Virus record (IMG/VR): IMGVR_UViG_3300044798_000325
Location: 5,165-69,164 of that record
Length of the DNA: 64,000 nucleotides
Direction: 5' to 3' (one strand)
Source: a virus
This document shows positions 52,012 to 62,252 of the stretch, piece after piece (position 1 is the stretch's first letter; every line of letters starts with the position of its first letter). A program made the position numbers and the translations under genes. The notes below the pieces were generated by a model that had not been told where the DNA came from, searched no databases, and was given only the letters and a program-made list of their open reading frames with translations.

Positions 52012-53490
52012 CTAAATCTGCTGCGCAATCTCCTTGAAACTCGCTACAGCTGCTTCAAGGTTTTCGATGATATCGTTTGCCAGTTCATCCGGATTCGGTA
52101 GATTATCCAGATCAGCCAAGCTTTTATCTCTCAGCCAGAAAATATCCAGGCTAGTCTTATCGCGGTTAATGATCTCGCCATAGGTAAACGTACGCCAGCG
52201 GCCTTCAGGGTTTGTTTCGGAATGCCATGTTTCTTTTCGGGTATGGCGGTTTTCAGGCTGGTAACATTGGATAAAATCTCTTAAATCCTCAAGTTTCAAG
52301 GGATTCTTTTTCAAGGTGTGGTGGATGTTGGTTCGGTAATCGTAATACCAGATTTCCTTTGTCCAGGGCTCCTTTGCGGCGGGTTTGGCATCGAAGAACA
52401 GGACATTGGCCTTGACCCCTTGAGCATAAAAAATACCTGTCGGTAATCGCAAAATTGTATGGAGGTCCACAGTTTCCAGAAGTTTTTTCCTTACTGTTTC
52501 GCCGGCACCACCTTCAAACAGTACATTGTCCGGGACGATCACGGCGGCCTTGCCCGTTGTTTTAAGCAGAGTACAGATATGCTGGACAAAGTTAAGTTGC
52601 TTGTTGCTCGTCGTTGCCCAGAAGTCCTGCCGGTTGTAAGTGAGGTCTTCTTTCTCCTGCTCTCCTTCCTCATTGGTGAAGGTCATGCTGCTTTTCTTCC
52701 CGAAAGGCGGATTGGTGAGGACATAATCGACACGCAGGCCAGAATCGGCAACAAGGGAATCAGTCGGCGAGATCAAGGTTTCCGAGCTAATGTCTCCGAT
52801 GTTGTGGAGAAACATATTCATCAGAGCCAGCCTACGAGCGCCTGCCACGATCTCATTGCCGTAAAAGGTCTTGTATTTCAGGAATTCTTTCTCTTCTTTG
52901 TTGAGCCCGTAATGATCCACGATATAATCGTAAGAGGCTAGAAAGAATCCACCGGTGCCACAGGCCGGATCATCGATCGTTTTCAGGGGTTCGGGCCGGA
53001 GGCATTCGACCATGGCCTTGATCAGGGGCCTAAGCGTGAAGTATTGTCCGGCCCCGCTTTTTGTATCTTCAGCGTTTTTTTCCAGGAGACCTTCGTAAAT
53101 CTTTCCCTTGACGTCAGCCCCCATGGTGCTCCACTGCTCTTTGTCGATCATGTCGATGAGCCGGGACAGCTTGGCCGGGTCTTGGATCTTGTTCTGGGAT
53201 TTCGTGAAGATCTGTCCGAGGATGCCTTTCTGCTTCCCCAACTCACGAAGGAGGGTACTGTAATGCAGTTCCAGTTCTGCACCCCTTCTTGATGTTAGAC
53301 TTTCCCAGTCGTAAACCTTTGGCATCAGCAAAGGACGGTTATAGGGCGGCCGGGAAAACTCATCGGCCAGCTTCAGAAAGAGGAGATAGGTAAGCTGTTC
53401 CAGGTAGTCACCGTATCCGACACCGTCATCACGCAGTGTATTGCAGAAACTCCAGACCTTGGAAATGATACTCGATGTATTGTCGTTCAT
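52012..53490 (-). CDS. hsdM: Type I R-M methyltransferase subunit
   Basis: YLEQLTYLLFLK, GAGQYFT, DPACGTGGF, NPPF. Confidence 0.95.
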   Translation of the reverse strand: MNDNTSSIISKVWSFCNTLRDDGVGYGDYLEQLTYLLFLKLADEFSRPPYNRPLLMPKVYDWESLTSRRGAELELHYSTLLRELGKQKGILGQIFTKSQNKIQDPAKLSRLIDMIDKEQWSTMGADVKGKIYEGLLEKNAEDTKSGAGQYFTLRPLIKAMVECLRPEPLKTIDDPACGTGGFFLASYDYIVDHYGLNKEEKEFLKYKTFYGNEIVAGARRLALMNMFLHNIGDISSETLISPTDSLVADSGLRVDYVLTNPPFGKKSSMTFTNEEGEQEKEDLTYNRQDFWATTSNKQLNFVQHICTLLKTTGKAAVIVPDNVLFEGGAGETVRKKLLETVDLHTILRLPTGIFYAQGVKANVLFFDAKPAAKEPWTKEIWYYDYRTNIHHTLKKNPLKLEDLRDFIQCYQPENRHTRKETWHSETNPEGRWRTFTYGEIINRDKTSLDIFWLRDKSLADLDNLPNPDELANDIIENLEAAVASFKEIAQQI

Positions 53491-54962
53491 TGGGTTGCCT
53501 TCTTTTTACGTGTTTTCTTTACTGGTGTTTGCGCGGATCTTTCTGTCTTGATACGTTCCAGGAGCTTTGACGCCGGTTCGTCCGTTGGGTCTTGAGGGAC
53601 CAGCTTGCCTTCAAATGTTTTCTTCAGAATACTTTGCCGCAGGGCTTCAGCCTGCTGGAGGCTGAGGGTGATGGTTTCTTCGACCTTGTCGGCGACGGAC
53701 AGGCGGGATTCGATTTGTTGGATTATAATGTTCTGCTCATCAATACATAAGAATGGAAATGGCAGCGCCTTTATCATCCCCATGTTCAATATATCCATGG
53801 TTGTTCCTTGGCTTTCAGTGCTATATTTCCTTTTCAAAAAACTACTTTCAAAATAAAACTTAAAAAACTTCTCTAAATACAATTTGGTATCAAGTGTTAT
53901 TTTTATAAGACGTGGATTAATAATACCTGGTTGGGCATCTTCAGGCAGAATTAAAACTTTGCCGATTGTCCCAACTAAGCTGATGAGAATGTCTCCGGGT
54001 CTTGCTTCGTTGGAAATTAGCGTTTTATACTTTTCCTCTGAAATGAAGTAATTCCCATAATATGGATCTTCGGCGATAACCTGTTCTTGACCATAGATTT
54101 TGTAACCTTTTTCAACATAATATTCTTTCTTAAGCGAAGACCCGAAAGGTCCTGCTTTAATCGCATTCGGTTCATTTTTCGATAAGATTTCTATCTTCAC
54201 CCAACCCCACCCGTTTGGCAATACTGGTAGTTCGGCGATTTCCTCTTTAGTCAGAGGTATATAGGGCTTCAGCTTTTTGCCTGTCGCTTTTGCCTGCTTT
54301 TCCCGCTCGGCCTTGATCTTCTCCAGGAGCTGCGAAGCAGTGGGCAGGTCTTTCTGCTGCTTCCTCCATTCCTCTGTCAGCTTGCCTTCAAAGGCCCATT
54401 TGAGCACCCCCTGGCGATAAACTTTCAGTTGCTGCTGGGCGGTCTTGAGGGCTTCGACGCCTTTGTCCAAATCGCTGAAAAGTTCTTCTATCTTGGCGAC
54501 GATACGATGCTGTTCGCGGAGGGGCGGGATTGGGAAATTATAGCTCCATAGTAGCGCTGGATCAACGTGCGGAATACCAACGCCCTTGGCTCTTTTATTT
54601 ATTTCTAAATATTTTGACTGCAAAAAGTAGTACGCATAATCAAGATAAATACCCGGAAATTTTATCCTGACCAATGTGCTGCCCAATGCACCTTTTATCG
54701 CCTTGCCCACATAACCAGAACGCGATCCATCCCAGACCATTACAAAATCGCCTTCTTCACACAAAACACAACCCAAGCCATCAGTGAATTCATCAATAAT
54801 ATTTTTTTCGAATACTTTAATATTCACATAGGGCAAATGACAAATATCATTATATTTATTGGAAATATTTTTTGGTTTTTTACCCTTTTCTGTTATAACA
54901 AAATCACCAAGTCGTTCGACTTCCCAATATTTTGGATGAATATTTTTCAAATTCTCCCTCAT
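53487..54962 (-). CDS. hsdS: Type I R-M specificity subunit
   Basis: Two AT-rich TRDs separated by the conserved PPLREQHRIVAKIEEL...LKWAFEGKLT and LRQSILKKTFEGKLVPQDP. Confidence 0.95.
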   Translation of the reverse strand: MRENLKNIHPKYWEVERLGDFVITEKGKKPKNISNKYNDICHLPYVNIKVFEKNIIDEFTDGLGCVLCEEGDFVMVWDGSRSGYVGKAIKGALGSTLVRIKFPGIYLDYAYYFLQSKYLEINKRAKGVGIPHVDPALLWSYNFPIPPLREQHRIVAKIEELFSDLDKGVEALKTAQQQLKVYRQGVLKWAFEGKLTEEWRKQQKDLPTASQLLEKIKAEREKQAKATGKKLKPYIPLTKEEIAELPVLPNGWGWVKIEILSKNEPNAIKAGPFGSSLKKEYYVEKGYKIYGQEQVIAEDPYYGNYFISEEKYKTLISNEARPGDILISLVGTIGKVLILPEDAQPGIINPRLIKITLDTKLYLEKFFKFYFESSFLKRKYSTESQGTTMDILNMGMIKALPFPFLCIDEQNIIIQQIESRLSVADKVEETITLSLQQAEALRQSILKKTFEGKLVPQDPTDEPASKLLERIKTERSAQTPVKKTRKKKATQ

Positions 54963-54963
54963 C

Positions 54964-57717
54964 CTACGCCGCCAATGCCTCGTTGATCTCGTTAATCATT
55001 TCATCTGTCTTATCCCCAAAGAGCTGCCACATTCTGCCCAATCCACCGCTGGCATCAAAGGGTGCAAGGTCCAGATCGTCCTTGCCTATGTGAATTGACG
55101 CCGCAATATGCTCTTTCATCATACGTAACCACGCCATTTGCTCTGCCGTGAATTTGAGTGGTCCGGCCTGCTTCTTGAAGACCCATGCCTGAAAATTTCT
55201 GTCCACGGTCTTATCATATGGTGTCAGGGCCTCGTCAATCCCTGTGATCCTACGGATGAGTGAGACGAGGGCCACGAGTTCGTTGATAGGGCTCTCTCCA
55301 CTGACCGCCTCTATCCGTTCATAAGCCTTCCAGATGCGCAAAGGTGCCAGGGCTGGCTTATCGCCCTTCATACGTTCCAGGAGTTCCTTGATCATAGCGT
55401 AAGTCAGTTCCTTGCGCCGGTATGGCTGATTGTAGAATATCTGGAGGGCTGTGATTTCATCCTTATGGGTCTCAATATAGGACTTGAAATCCTGCACCAG
55501 TTCCGCTGCCTTGTCCTTGGCCTGCCCATCCCATCCAGCAAATTTCACGGTATCGGGATTGATGGTGTCAATGATCTGCTCGTGAACCTTGCGGACATTT
55601 TCGATGAACGTATTCAGTTCGCCCGTAAAGGTGCTCGCTGCCTTTGTGATCAGCTTATCCTGGGCGTCATCCAATTGCTTCTGGGTCGGTATATCATCGG
55701 CTGTCAGGTTGAAATGCGTCCTGGCAACCGATTCAATCCTGTCGGGATCGTAGGAATGGAGGAGATCCTTTACAACCTCGCCAATGAGCTTGCCTTTTGA
55801 TTTTTCCTTGAATTGCCCCGCTTCTTTCTTCGTCATGATCTTCGATAGACGGCCAAGACGTCCTGCAAGAGTGGTGAAGAGATCCTCATCTCTCGCGCCA
55901 ACAGCAACGGCAGCCAGCAGATCTTTGAGGGCAACGGTTGGTTTACGCTCCAGTGGTCGGCTATCCGTCTTCAAGGACTTCGTGACGCCTACAGCATCGA
56001 CGATAACGTAATGGTCTTTCGTGTATATGGCCGATGGCGTGACTTTGCGCAGATCATCAAGATCAATTGTCCTGGTTCCTCTTCCTTTCATTTGCTCGAA
56101 GTAGTTGCGGCTTTTCACATCACGCATGAATATGAGGCATTCCAGTGGTTTTACATCAGTGCCCGTGGCGATCATATCTACGGTGACAGCAACCCGCGGA
56201 TTGTAGGCATTGCGGAACTGGGAAAGCACCGACTTCGGATCTTCATCGGCCAGATATGTCACCTTTTTGCAGAATGCGTTTCCTTCCGCGAATTCCTCCC
56301 GGACGATCTGGATGATGTCATCGGCATGGCTATCGGTCTTGGCAAAGATGAGCGTTTTCGGCAATTCTTCTCGCTGCGGGAAGATCTGTGGCCACCGCTC
56401 TTTGTAAGTTTTAATGATGGCACGGATCTGATTGGGGTTCACCACATCTTCGTCAAGTGTTTTGGCGGAATAGGCGTGGTCCTCGTCCAACTGTTGCCAA
56501 CGCTTCTTCCTGGAAAGCTTCTCACGGACATCGACGTATTCACCCTTCCAGACTACGGAGCCTTTTTTCGTGATTTCCGTTTCGATCAGGTAGACGTTAT
56601 AGCCAACATTTACCCCGTCGGCCACGGCCTCTTCATGGGTATATTCGCTCACGATGTTCTGGTTGAAAAAGCCAAAAGTCCGCTGATCCGGCGTCGCAGT
56701 CAATCCGATAAGAAAGCCGTCGAAATATTCCAAGACCTGTTTCCACAGATTGTAAATGCTGCGGTGGCACTCATCGATCACGATGAAGTCGAAAAACTCG
56801 ATGGGGATTTTCTCGTTATAGACAACGGGTAGCGGGTCGCGTTTGCCCCACTGAATTTCGCCAGGGTTGGTCTCTTCGGCCTTATCGTCCAGCTCTTCGC
56901 CTTTCAGAATGGAATAGAGGCGTTGGATCGTGCTGATGCAGACCTGACTGTCGGTGGCGACATAGCTCGATTTCAGGCGCTGGACGTTGTAGAGTTCGGT
57001 GAATTTACGGTTATCGTCATTGGGCAGATAGGACATGAATTCCTGTTCTGCTTGTTCACCCAAGTTACGGGTATCCACCAGAAAAAGGACCCGTTTGGCG
57101 TCGGCAAATTTCAGCAGGCGGTAGATGAAAGTGATGGCGGCAAAAGTCTTTCCCGAACCGGTTGCCATCTGGATGAGAGCGCGGGGTCTGTTGGCTTTAA
57201 AAGAGACTTCAAGGTTATTTGTCGCGTTGATCTGGCAATCTCTTAGCCCTTGTATGGGGAGATCAGGTAGATCAAGCAACCTACCCCTTAAGGATTTTGG
57301 CTTTTTCAGCCATTCTCCAAAAGTCTCTGGCCGGTGAAATGTGAAAACCGGTCGTGATCTTGGTTTCGGATCGCCATAATCCGTGAAGCGGGTTAACGTC
57401 CCGGTGCTTTCGTAGACAAACGGCAAAGGCTCGTTGTTGAGGTGCTTCAATTTGCTCTTGGCGTATTCGGTGGACTGCTCTTCAACATTCGTTAGGCGCA
57501 CCCCTTCGTCTTCTTTCTTGGCCTCGATGACGCCAACGGGTTTTCGGTCAACAAAAAGGATATAATCAGCAGGTCCTATGTCGGTGTAGTATTCCCGGAC
57601 AGCTATGCCAATGCCCGCGCTAAGGTTGATATGCTTTTTGTTTTGGATGATCCAGCCGGATGATTCAAGAAGTTTGTCGATTTTGTCCCGGGCTATCTCT
57701 TCTGGCGTTTGATTCAT
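54964..57717 (-). CDS. hsdR: Type I R-M restriction subunit (EcoEI-like C-terminus)
   Basis: ADY...IEAK nuclease, MATGSGKT, DECHRS, GLTATP, QMKGRGTR; start placed at the ATG at 57717 (GAGG RBS). Confidence 0.95.
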   Translation of the reverse strand: MNQTPEEIARDKIDKLLESSGWIIQNKKHINLSAGIGIAVREYYTDIGPADYILFVDRKPVGVIEAKKEDEGVRLTNVEEQSTEYAKSKLKHLNNEPLPFVYESTGTLTRFTDYGDPKPRSRPVFTFHRPETFGEWLKKPKSLRGRLLDLPDLPIQGLRDCQINATNNLEVSFKANRPRALIQMATGSGKTFAAITFIYRLLKFADAKRVLFLVDTRNLGEQAEQEFMSYLPNDDNRKFTELYNVQRLKSSYVATDSQVCISTIQRLYSILKGEELDDKAEETNPGEIQWGKRDPLPVVYNEKIPIEFFDFIVIDECHRSIYNLWKQVLEYFDGFLIGLTATPDQRTFGFFNQNIVSEYTHEEAVADGVNVGYNVYLIETEITKKGSVVWKGEYVDVREKLSRKKRWQQLDEDHAYSAKTLDEDVVNPNQIRAIIKTYKERWPQIFPQREELPKTLIFAKTDSHADDIIQIVREEFAEGNAFCKKVTYLADEDPKSVLSQFRNAYNPRVAVTVDMIATGTDVKPLECLIFMRDVKSRNYFEQMKGRGTRTIDLDDLRKVTPSAIYTKDHYVIVDAVGVTKSLKTDSRPLERKPTVALKDLLAAVAVGARDEDLFTTLAGRLGRLSKIMTKKEAGQFKEKSKGKLIGEVVKDLLHSYDPDRIESVARTHFNLTADDIPTQKQLDDAQDKLITKAASTFTGELNTFIENVRKVHEQIIDTINPDTVKFAGWDGQAKDKAAELVQDFKSYIETHKDEITALQIFYNQPYRRKELTYAMIKELLERMKGDKPALAPLRIWKAYERIEAVSGESPINELVALVSLIRRITGIDEALTPYDKTVDRNFQAWVFKKQAGPLKFTAEQMAWLRMMKEHIAASIHIGKDDLDLAPFDASGGLGRMWQLFGDKTDEMINEINEALAA

Positions 57718-57956
57718 CTGAAACCTCAGGTTGTGAGACAAAATCCTTATGCGCCGGGTCTACGGTCCTCATTATGGAAGATAGTATGCACAATTTCTGA
57801 ATAGTATCAACAAATTTGTGTTGATAGTCAGCAAATTTCATTTCCTTTTTGATCATTTGCAGCTCGCCAGTCATAATCTAGTAAGCGACTTCATCGACCC
57901 AAGAGCTGTATTTCATACCGAAGTCAATGAATTCGCAGGGATGGTTACGGCGTTGA

Positions 57957-57984
57957 CTTGTATTTGAAGCCCAGATTTTCGACC
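57957..57984 (+). repeat. 28-bp direct repeat, copy 1
   Basis: CTTGTATTTGAAGCCCAGATTTTCGACC; 26/28 identical to 58600-58627. Confidence 0.75.
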
Positions 57985-58041
57985 GCTAAGGATTCAGCTA
58001 TTCTCGACAGGTCAGTTAACAGAACAAAACACGCACCAAGC

Positions 58042-58140
58042 TCAATGTTTCTTCTCTTTGTTCAACTTGCTGTAGAGGTTCTTGGCTTCAGAAACGAATC
58101 GACTATAATCGGCCAATGAAGACAGGGGGGAGGTATCCAT
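58042..58140 (-). pseudogene. Probable truncated toxin gene (DUF6516/TumE-like N-terminus)
   Basis: Starts 2 nt after the antitoxin-like gene stop; MDTSPLSSLADYSRFVSE resembles, from memory, the start of DUF6516 proteins but stops after 32 aa. Confidence 0.4.
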
Positions 58141-58142
58141 TA

Positions 58143-58412
58143 TCAATACGCTGGTTGCACACGTAGCGTGTCGGTGACATCACGCTTGCGAAGATCTTCT
58201 CTATAAGCCTGCTTGCGTCGTTGCCATGTCTCATAAATACCTTTCCAACGGCTGAAATCGTTCCTCGATTCATCGTATTCGTCGTAACGCTCTAATTTGC
58301 CAGTCGTCAGCGCCTCATAAAAGTCTTCGCTGAGGATGCCATATTTTTCCTCAAAAAGAGTCATTCGACGTTCGAGAAGTTTCATTTCAACCACAAGCTC
58401 ATGAATTTCCAT
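58143..58412 (-). CDS. Antitoxin-like small protein
   Basis: FEEKYG..SEDFY.....GKL......DF..W...Y motif typical of partners of DUF6516 toxins; GAGG RBS. Confidence 0.65.
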   Translation of the reverse strand: MEIHELVVEMKLLERRMTLFEEKYGILSEDFYEALTTGKLERYDEYDESRNDFSRWKGIYETWQRRKQAYREDLRKRDVTDTLRVQPAY

Positions 58413-58599
58413 GATAACAACCTCACTTTAAGGATATCTTGGATGCATTTATTTTGGGATGCATCTTCATTCCTATTCTTCAAAATATCACAGTCCATCG
58501 TGTTTATTCAATTGGTTTTTTCTTTTCAAATATCAAGATAAACTTCACAAGCCTTTCATCCCGTGTTCAATGACCTGGCCCGACGAGCCGTAGCGAAGC

Positions 58600-58627
58600 C
58601 TTGTATTTGAACCCCAGATTATCGACC
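58600..58627 (+). repeat. 28-bp direct repeat, copy 2
   Basis: CTTGTATTTGAACCCCAGATTATCGACC. Confidence 0.75.
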
Positions 58628-58675
58628 ACATAATTTTACATGCTTTTAAGGCCGTCTGATTGAGACGACCCTATG

Positions 58676-58855
58676 CTATTTCTTCCGATAAACGTTCAGC
58701 CCGATCTTAGCCTCCTCATGCCCGTCAATGACGACATTGCCTTCCGTTGAAGCAATGATGGTGGTCTTCCCGGATGATGACGGGCCAAATTCTTTCGATA
58801 GATCGACCTTTATGGTTAGGATGTTGCCTTCCACCTTCATCTCTACGTTCTTCAT
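58676..58855 (-). CDS. Conserved small hypothetical protein (59 aa, absent from the ORF track)
   Basis: GGAGG RBS; MKNVEMKVEGNILTIKVDLSKEFGPSSSGKTTIIASTEGNV...KIGLNVYRKK. Confidence 0.8.
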   Translation of the reverse strand: MKNVEMKVEGNILTIKVDLSKEFGPSSSGKTTIIASTEGNVVIDGHEEAKIGLNVYRKK

Positions 58856-58897
58856 GATTATCCTCCATGCAAAATTGAAGTGAATATGCTCCTTTAA

Positions 58898-59338
58898 TTA
58901 TGCCGCACCATACACACCACGTTTCACCTTCCTGATCTTTCCTACCTTGGAGGCACGATTGACGATACTCCAGATCTGACTTTCAACCAGCCCAGTTTTC
59001 TCCTTTAATTCAACCGTCGAAATACCTTCTGCACTACCATGGATAAGCCCTAAGATCATATCAATATTGGTGACCCTCTTTACCCCGGGTTTCTTTTTGG
59101 CAACCTTCTTGGCCTTTTTCTGGGGACGTTCCTTTACGGCTTTTGGTTTCTTCTTGTCCGCTTTGGCAGGAGCAGCTTTTACGGGTTTGGGTTCTTTCTT
59201 GATGGCGACTCTCTTATCTGGAGCCCCTGAGATCATCGCCTGGAGCTTACCGAAATAGGTCTTCACAAATGATTCCGATCCCTCAACCTCGATTTCCTTT
59301 GTGCCCGGATTGAACCTGATGCGGGAATTTTCTTTCAT
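58898..59338 (-). CDS. Lys-rich putative DNA-binding protein with C-terminal winged HTH
   Basis: AGGAGG RBS; K/A/P-rich linker; GISTVELKEKTGL...IW.IV.R....GKI.KVKRGVY. Confidence 0.75.
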   Translation of the reverse strand: MKENSRIRFNPGTKEIEVEGSESFVKTYFGKLQAMISGAPDKRVAIKKEPKPVKAAPAKADKKKPKAVKERPQKKAKKVAKKKPGVKRVTNIDMILGLIHGSAEGISTVELKEKTGLVESQIWSIVNRASKVGKIRKVKRGVYGAA

Positions 59339-59346
59339 ATAACCTC

Positions 59347-59652
59347 CTAAATTTGTGTGAATAATTTCCAGTTGAAGTAAGATAGTGATTGCCCCCCTTT
59401 GTTGTCAACATTTTTCTGATCCTGGTCATGATATGCCAATTGGATTAACACAAGAAAATAGTCCGGATCATCCCTTGCCGCTTCATATTGCTCCCGTGCC
59501 ATCATATCCTGATACTCCTCATAAAACCCGTCCAGCAGTTCATGATAGGCTTCTTGAGCAACCTTGACTTTCTCCGCATCAGATCCCGTCAGCACCTTTT
59601 TCAGGCATTGGATGGTGGCCAGGAGATCTTTCAGCAATTCAGGAGCGGACAT
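59347..59652 (-). CDS. Hypothetical protein
   Basis: 101-aa ORF with AGGA RBS, co-oriented with its neighbours. Confidence 0.55.
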   Translation of the reverse strand: MSAPELLKDLLATIQCLKKVLTGSDAEKVKVAQEAYHELLDGFYEEYQDMMAREQYEAARDDPDYFLVLIQLAYHDQDQKNVDNKGGQSLSYFNWKLFTQI

Positions 59653-59814
59653 GATCTTTCCTATAATTGGTCAAGAGCTGAAATAAGCAGGCTCCTGCGC
59701 TTTTGGTCCCTTTACCGCTGAAAAGGTTTGCATTCGATTCCGTATGGATATAATTTACCACAAAATATATCCGATGTCGGCATAAATTTAACAATTTCCA
59801 GGAATCCAATTCCA

Positions 59815-62004
59815 ATGTCTTCCGATAACCTCACAGATCTCCGTGGTCAAATCGAACGAGTCACCTACACCAATGAGGAGAACAGCTATACCGTTGTCAA
59901 AGTAAAGGTTTATGGCCGCAAGGATCTGGTAACGGTCATCGGCAATATCGTCAATCCCACGCCTGGGGAAATCATCTCCATGAAAGGCGAATGGGGCAAT
60001 CATCCAAAATATGGCGAGCAATTCAAGGTCGTCTTCTGTCAATGCACCACGCCGGCTACGGTTTACGGGATCGAAAAATATCTTGGGTCAGGCCTGGTCA
60101 AGGGTATCGGTCCGGTCATGGCCAAACGCATTGTTAAGAAGTTCAAGGAAGAAACCCTTAACGTCATTGAAAAGGATATTGAACAACTGGCCGGCATTGA
60201 GGGTATCGGAAAGAAACGTATCGCAATGATCAAAAAGGCTTGGGATGAACAGAAGGAAATCAGAGCCATCATGATTTTTCTGCAATCCCATGGCGTCAGC
60301 TCAGGGTATTCCGCTAAGATCTATAAGCAGTATGGCAATGAATCTATTAAAATTGTCAAAGAGAATCCTTACCGCCTGGCAATAGATATTTTTGGTATCG
60401 GGTTTCTCACCGCCGATAAAATTGCCCAGAAGCTCGGATTTGCCAAAGATTCAGAACTCCGAGCAGCAGCAGGTATCCTCCATGTCCTTCATGAAATGAC
60501 GGATGAAGGTCATGTCTATTATCCCTATGAGCCCCTGATCGAGAAATGCAAGGAGATCCTCGATATTGACCGGGAGATTATTGTCAAGGCTATCGGAACG
60601 GTTGCCGTGGACAAACAGGTTGTCATTGAAGATCTCAACCAAAATATCGATAATTTCAAAGAGAACCACAAAGCGGTTTATCTGATCGGGTATCATATTG
60701 CGGAAAAGAATCTTGCCGCTCGTCTTAAAACTCTGATTCATACCCCTCAAGCCATCCGGAAGATTGACTCTGAAAAGGCCATTCAATGGGTCCAAGAGAA
60801 ACTCTCCATTACCCTTGCCGAGAAGCAGATCGAAGCCGTCCGATGCGTTACCGGCAATAAGGTCATGATCATCACGGGCGGTCCCGGAACGGGGAAAACG
60901 ACCATCATCAATGCGATTATCAGGATATTTTCCGGCATCAAAACCAAAATCATGCTGGCTGCTCCTACGGGTAGAGCTGCCAAGAGAATGATGGAGACTA
61001 CTGGACATGAAGCAAAGACCATTCATCGCCTGCTTGAATATAGCATGAGGAAGGGAGGATTTCAGAAGAACGGGGATTCGCCATTGGATTGTGACCTTCT
61101 TATCATCGATGAAGCTTCCATGATCGACACCCTGTTGATGCATCATCTCCTGAAGGCCATTCCATCCCAGGCAACCTTTGTCCTGGTGGGCGACGTTAAC
61201 CAATTGCCCTCTGTCGGCGCCGGCAATGTTCTAAAGGACATTATTGAATCGAAAGCTGTCCCCGTTGTCGAATTGAATGAGATTTTCAGGCAGGCCAAGG
61301 AAAGCTCGATCATCGTCAATGCCCACATGATCAATGAAGGGAAAATGCCGAATTTGAGGAGCTCTCAGGATAAACTTGATGATTTCTATTTCATCGAGCA
61401 GGAAGATCCCCAAAAAGTAATGGAGCTGATCATCACCCTGGTAAAAGAGAGGATTCCCAAGCGATTTGGATTTAACGCAATTGATGACATTCAGGTCCTC
61501 ACTCCCATGCATCGGGGTATTGTCGGAGCTTCCAATCTGAACATGGAACTTCAAAAGTCAATGAATCCGGGTGATGAAGGCGTTAGTCGTTTTGGCAGGA
61601 TTTACAAGGTCAATGATAAGGTGATGCAGATTTCGAACAATTATGACAAGGAAGTCTATAATGGGGATATCGGTAGAATTATTTCCATCGATGAGGAAGC
61701 GCAAGAGATAGTGGTATCCATTGATGATCGGGAGATTACTTACGATTATTCAGAACTGGATGAACTGGTCCATGCCTATGCGGTTTCCATTCATAAATCT
61801 CAGGGGTCTGAATATCCGGCTGTGGTGATACCCATATTGACCCAGCATTACATTTTGCTTCAAAGGAATTTGCTCTATACTGGCGTGACCAGGGGAAAGA
61901 GGCTCGTCGTGATTATCGGAACCAAAAAAGCAATGGCGATTGCGGTCAGGAATAATAAAACGCAGAAGAGATATACGTTATTGAATGAAAGGCTGAAGGG
62001 ATAA
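59815..62004 (+). CDS. recD2: RecD2 (RecD/TraA family SF1B helicase)
   Basis: N-terminal OB and HhH (YLGSGLVKGIGP), GGPGTGKT, APTGRAAKR, DEASM, VGDVNQLPSVG, HKSQGSEY, YTGVTRGK. Confidence 0.95.
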   Translation: MSSDNLTDLRGQIERVTYTNEENSYTVVKVKVYGRKDLVTVIGNIVNPTPGEIISMKGEWGNHPKYGEQFKVVFCQCTTPATVYGIEKYLGSGLVKGIGPVMAKRIVKKFKEETLNVIEKDIEQLAGIEGIGKKRIAMIKKAWDEQKEIRAIMIFLQSHGVSSGYSAKIYKQYGNESIKIVKENPYRLAIDIFGIGFLTADKIAQKLGFAKDSELRAAAGILHVLHEMTDEGHVYYPYEPLIEKCKEILDIDREIIVKAIGTVAVDKQVVIEDLNQNIDNFKENHKAVYLIGYHIAEKNLAARLKTLIHTPQAIRKIDSEKAIQWVQEKLSITLAEKQIEAVRCVTGNKVMIITGGPGTGKTTIINAIIRIFSGIKTKIMLAAPTGRAAKRMMETTGHEAKTIHRLLEYSMRKGGFQKNGDSPLDCDLLIIDEASMIDTLLMHHLLKAIPSQATFVLVGDVNQLPSVGAGNVLKDIIESKAVPVVELNEIFRQAKESSIIVNAHMINEGKMPNLRSSQDKLDDFYFIEQEDPQKVMELIITLVKERIPKRFGFNAIDDIQVLTPMHRGIVGASNLNMELQKSMNPGDEGVSRFGRIYKVNDKVMQISNNYDKEVYNGDIGRIISIDEEAQEIVVSIDDREITYDYSELDELVHAYAVSIHKSQGSEYPAVVIPILTQHYILLQRNLLYTGVTRGKRLVVIIGTKKAMAIAVRNNKTQKRYTLLNERLKG

Positions 62005-62235
62005 GGTTTTTAACACAGGATCATTCGCCAAGAATATATTGGTGGTCTCGGTCTCATCATCAAAAATGAGAACTGCCAATCCGTTATCAAGCTTTTGTTT
62101 TACCTGCCTGAATTTTGTTTCCTGGGAAGCCTCAACTTCGCCATAATCGGTTCCAGCTCTGGAAATAAATTCTTCTATAACGCCTTGTAAGGCTTCAGCG
62201 CTGAGTTTATTGACGGGAATTCTATGGCCAGACAT
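61978..62235 (-). CDS. YheU (UPF0270) family protein
   Basis: IP...LS.EAL..VIEEFI.R.GTDYGE.E.S...K..QV...L..G.AVL.FD..TET.NI. Confidence 0.85.
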   Translation of the reverse strand: MSGHRIPVNKLSAEALQGVIEEFISRAGTDYGEVEASQETKFRQVKQKLDNGLAVLIFDDETETTNIFLANDPVLKTLSLQPFIQ

Positions 62236-62252
62236 TTAACTTGCTCCGCATA

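Noticed and set aside
57805-57826. Palindrome TATCAACA-AATTTG-TGTTGATA upstream of hsdR as a fourth cassette site
   Set aside because: Its arms are unrelated to P1-P3; more likely an operator or chance.
57900-58630. Short resemblances to 6S RNA or a dif site around the 28-bp repeats
   Set aside because: The matches are short, no long closing stem is evident and the XerD arm does not align; an Rfam cmscan would settle it.
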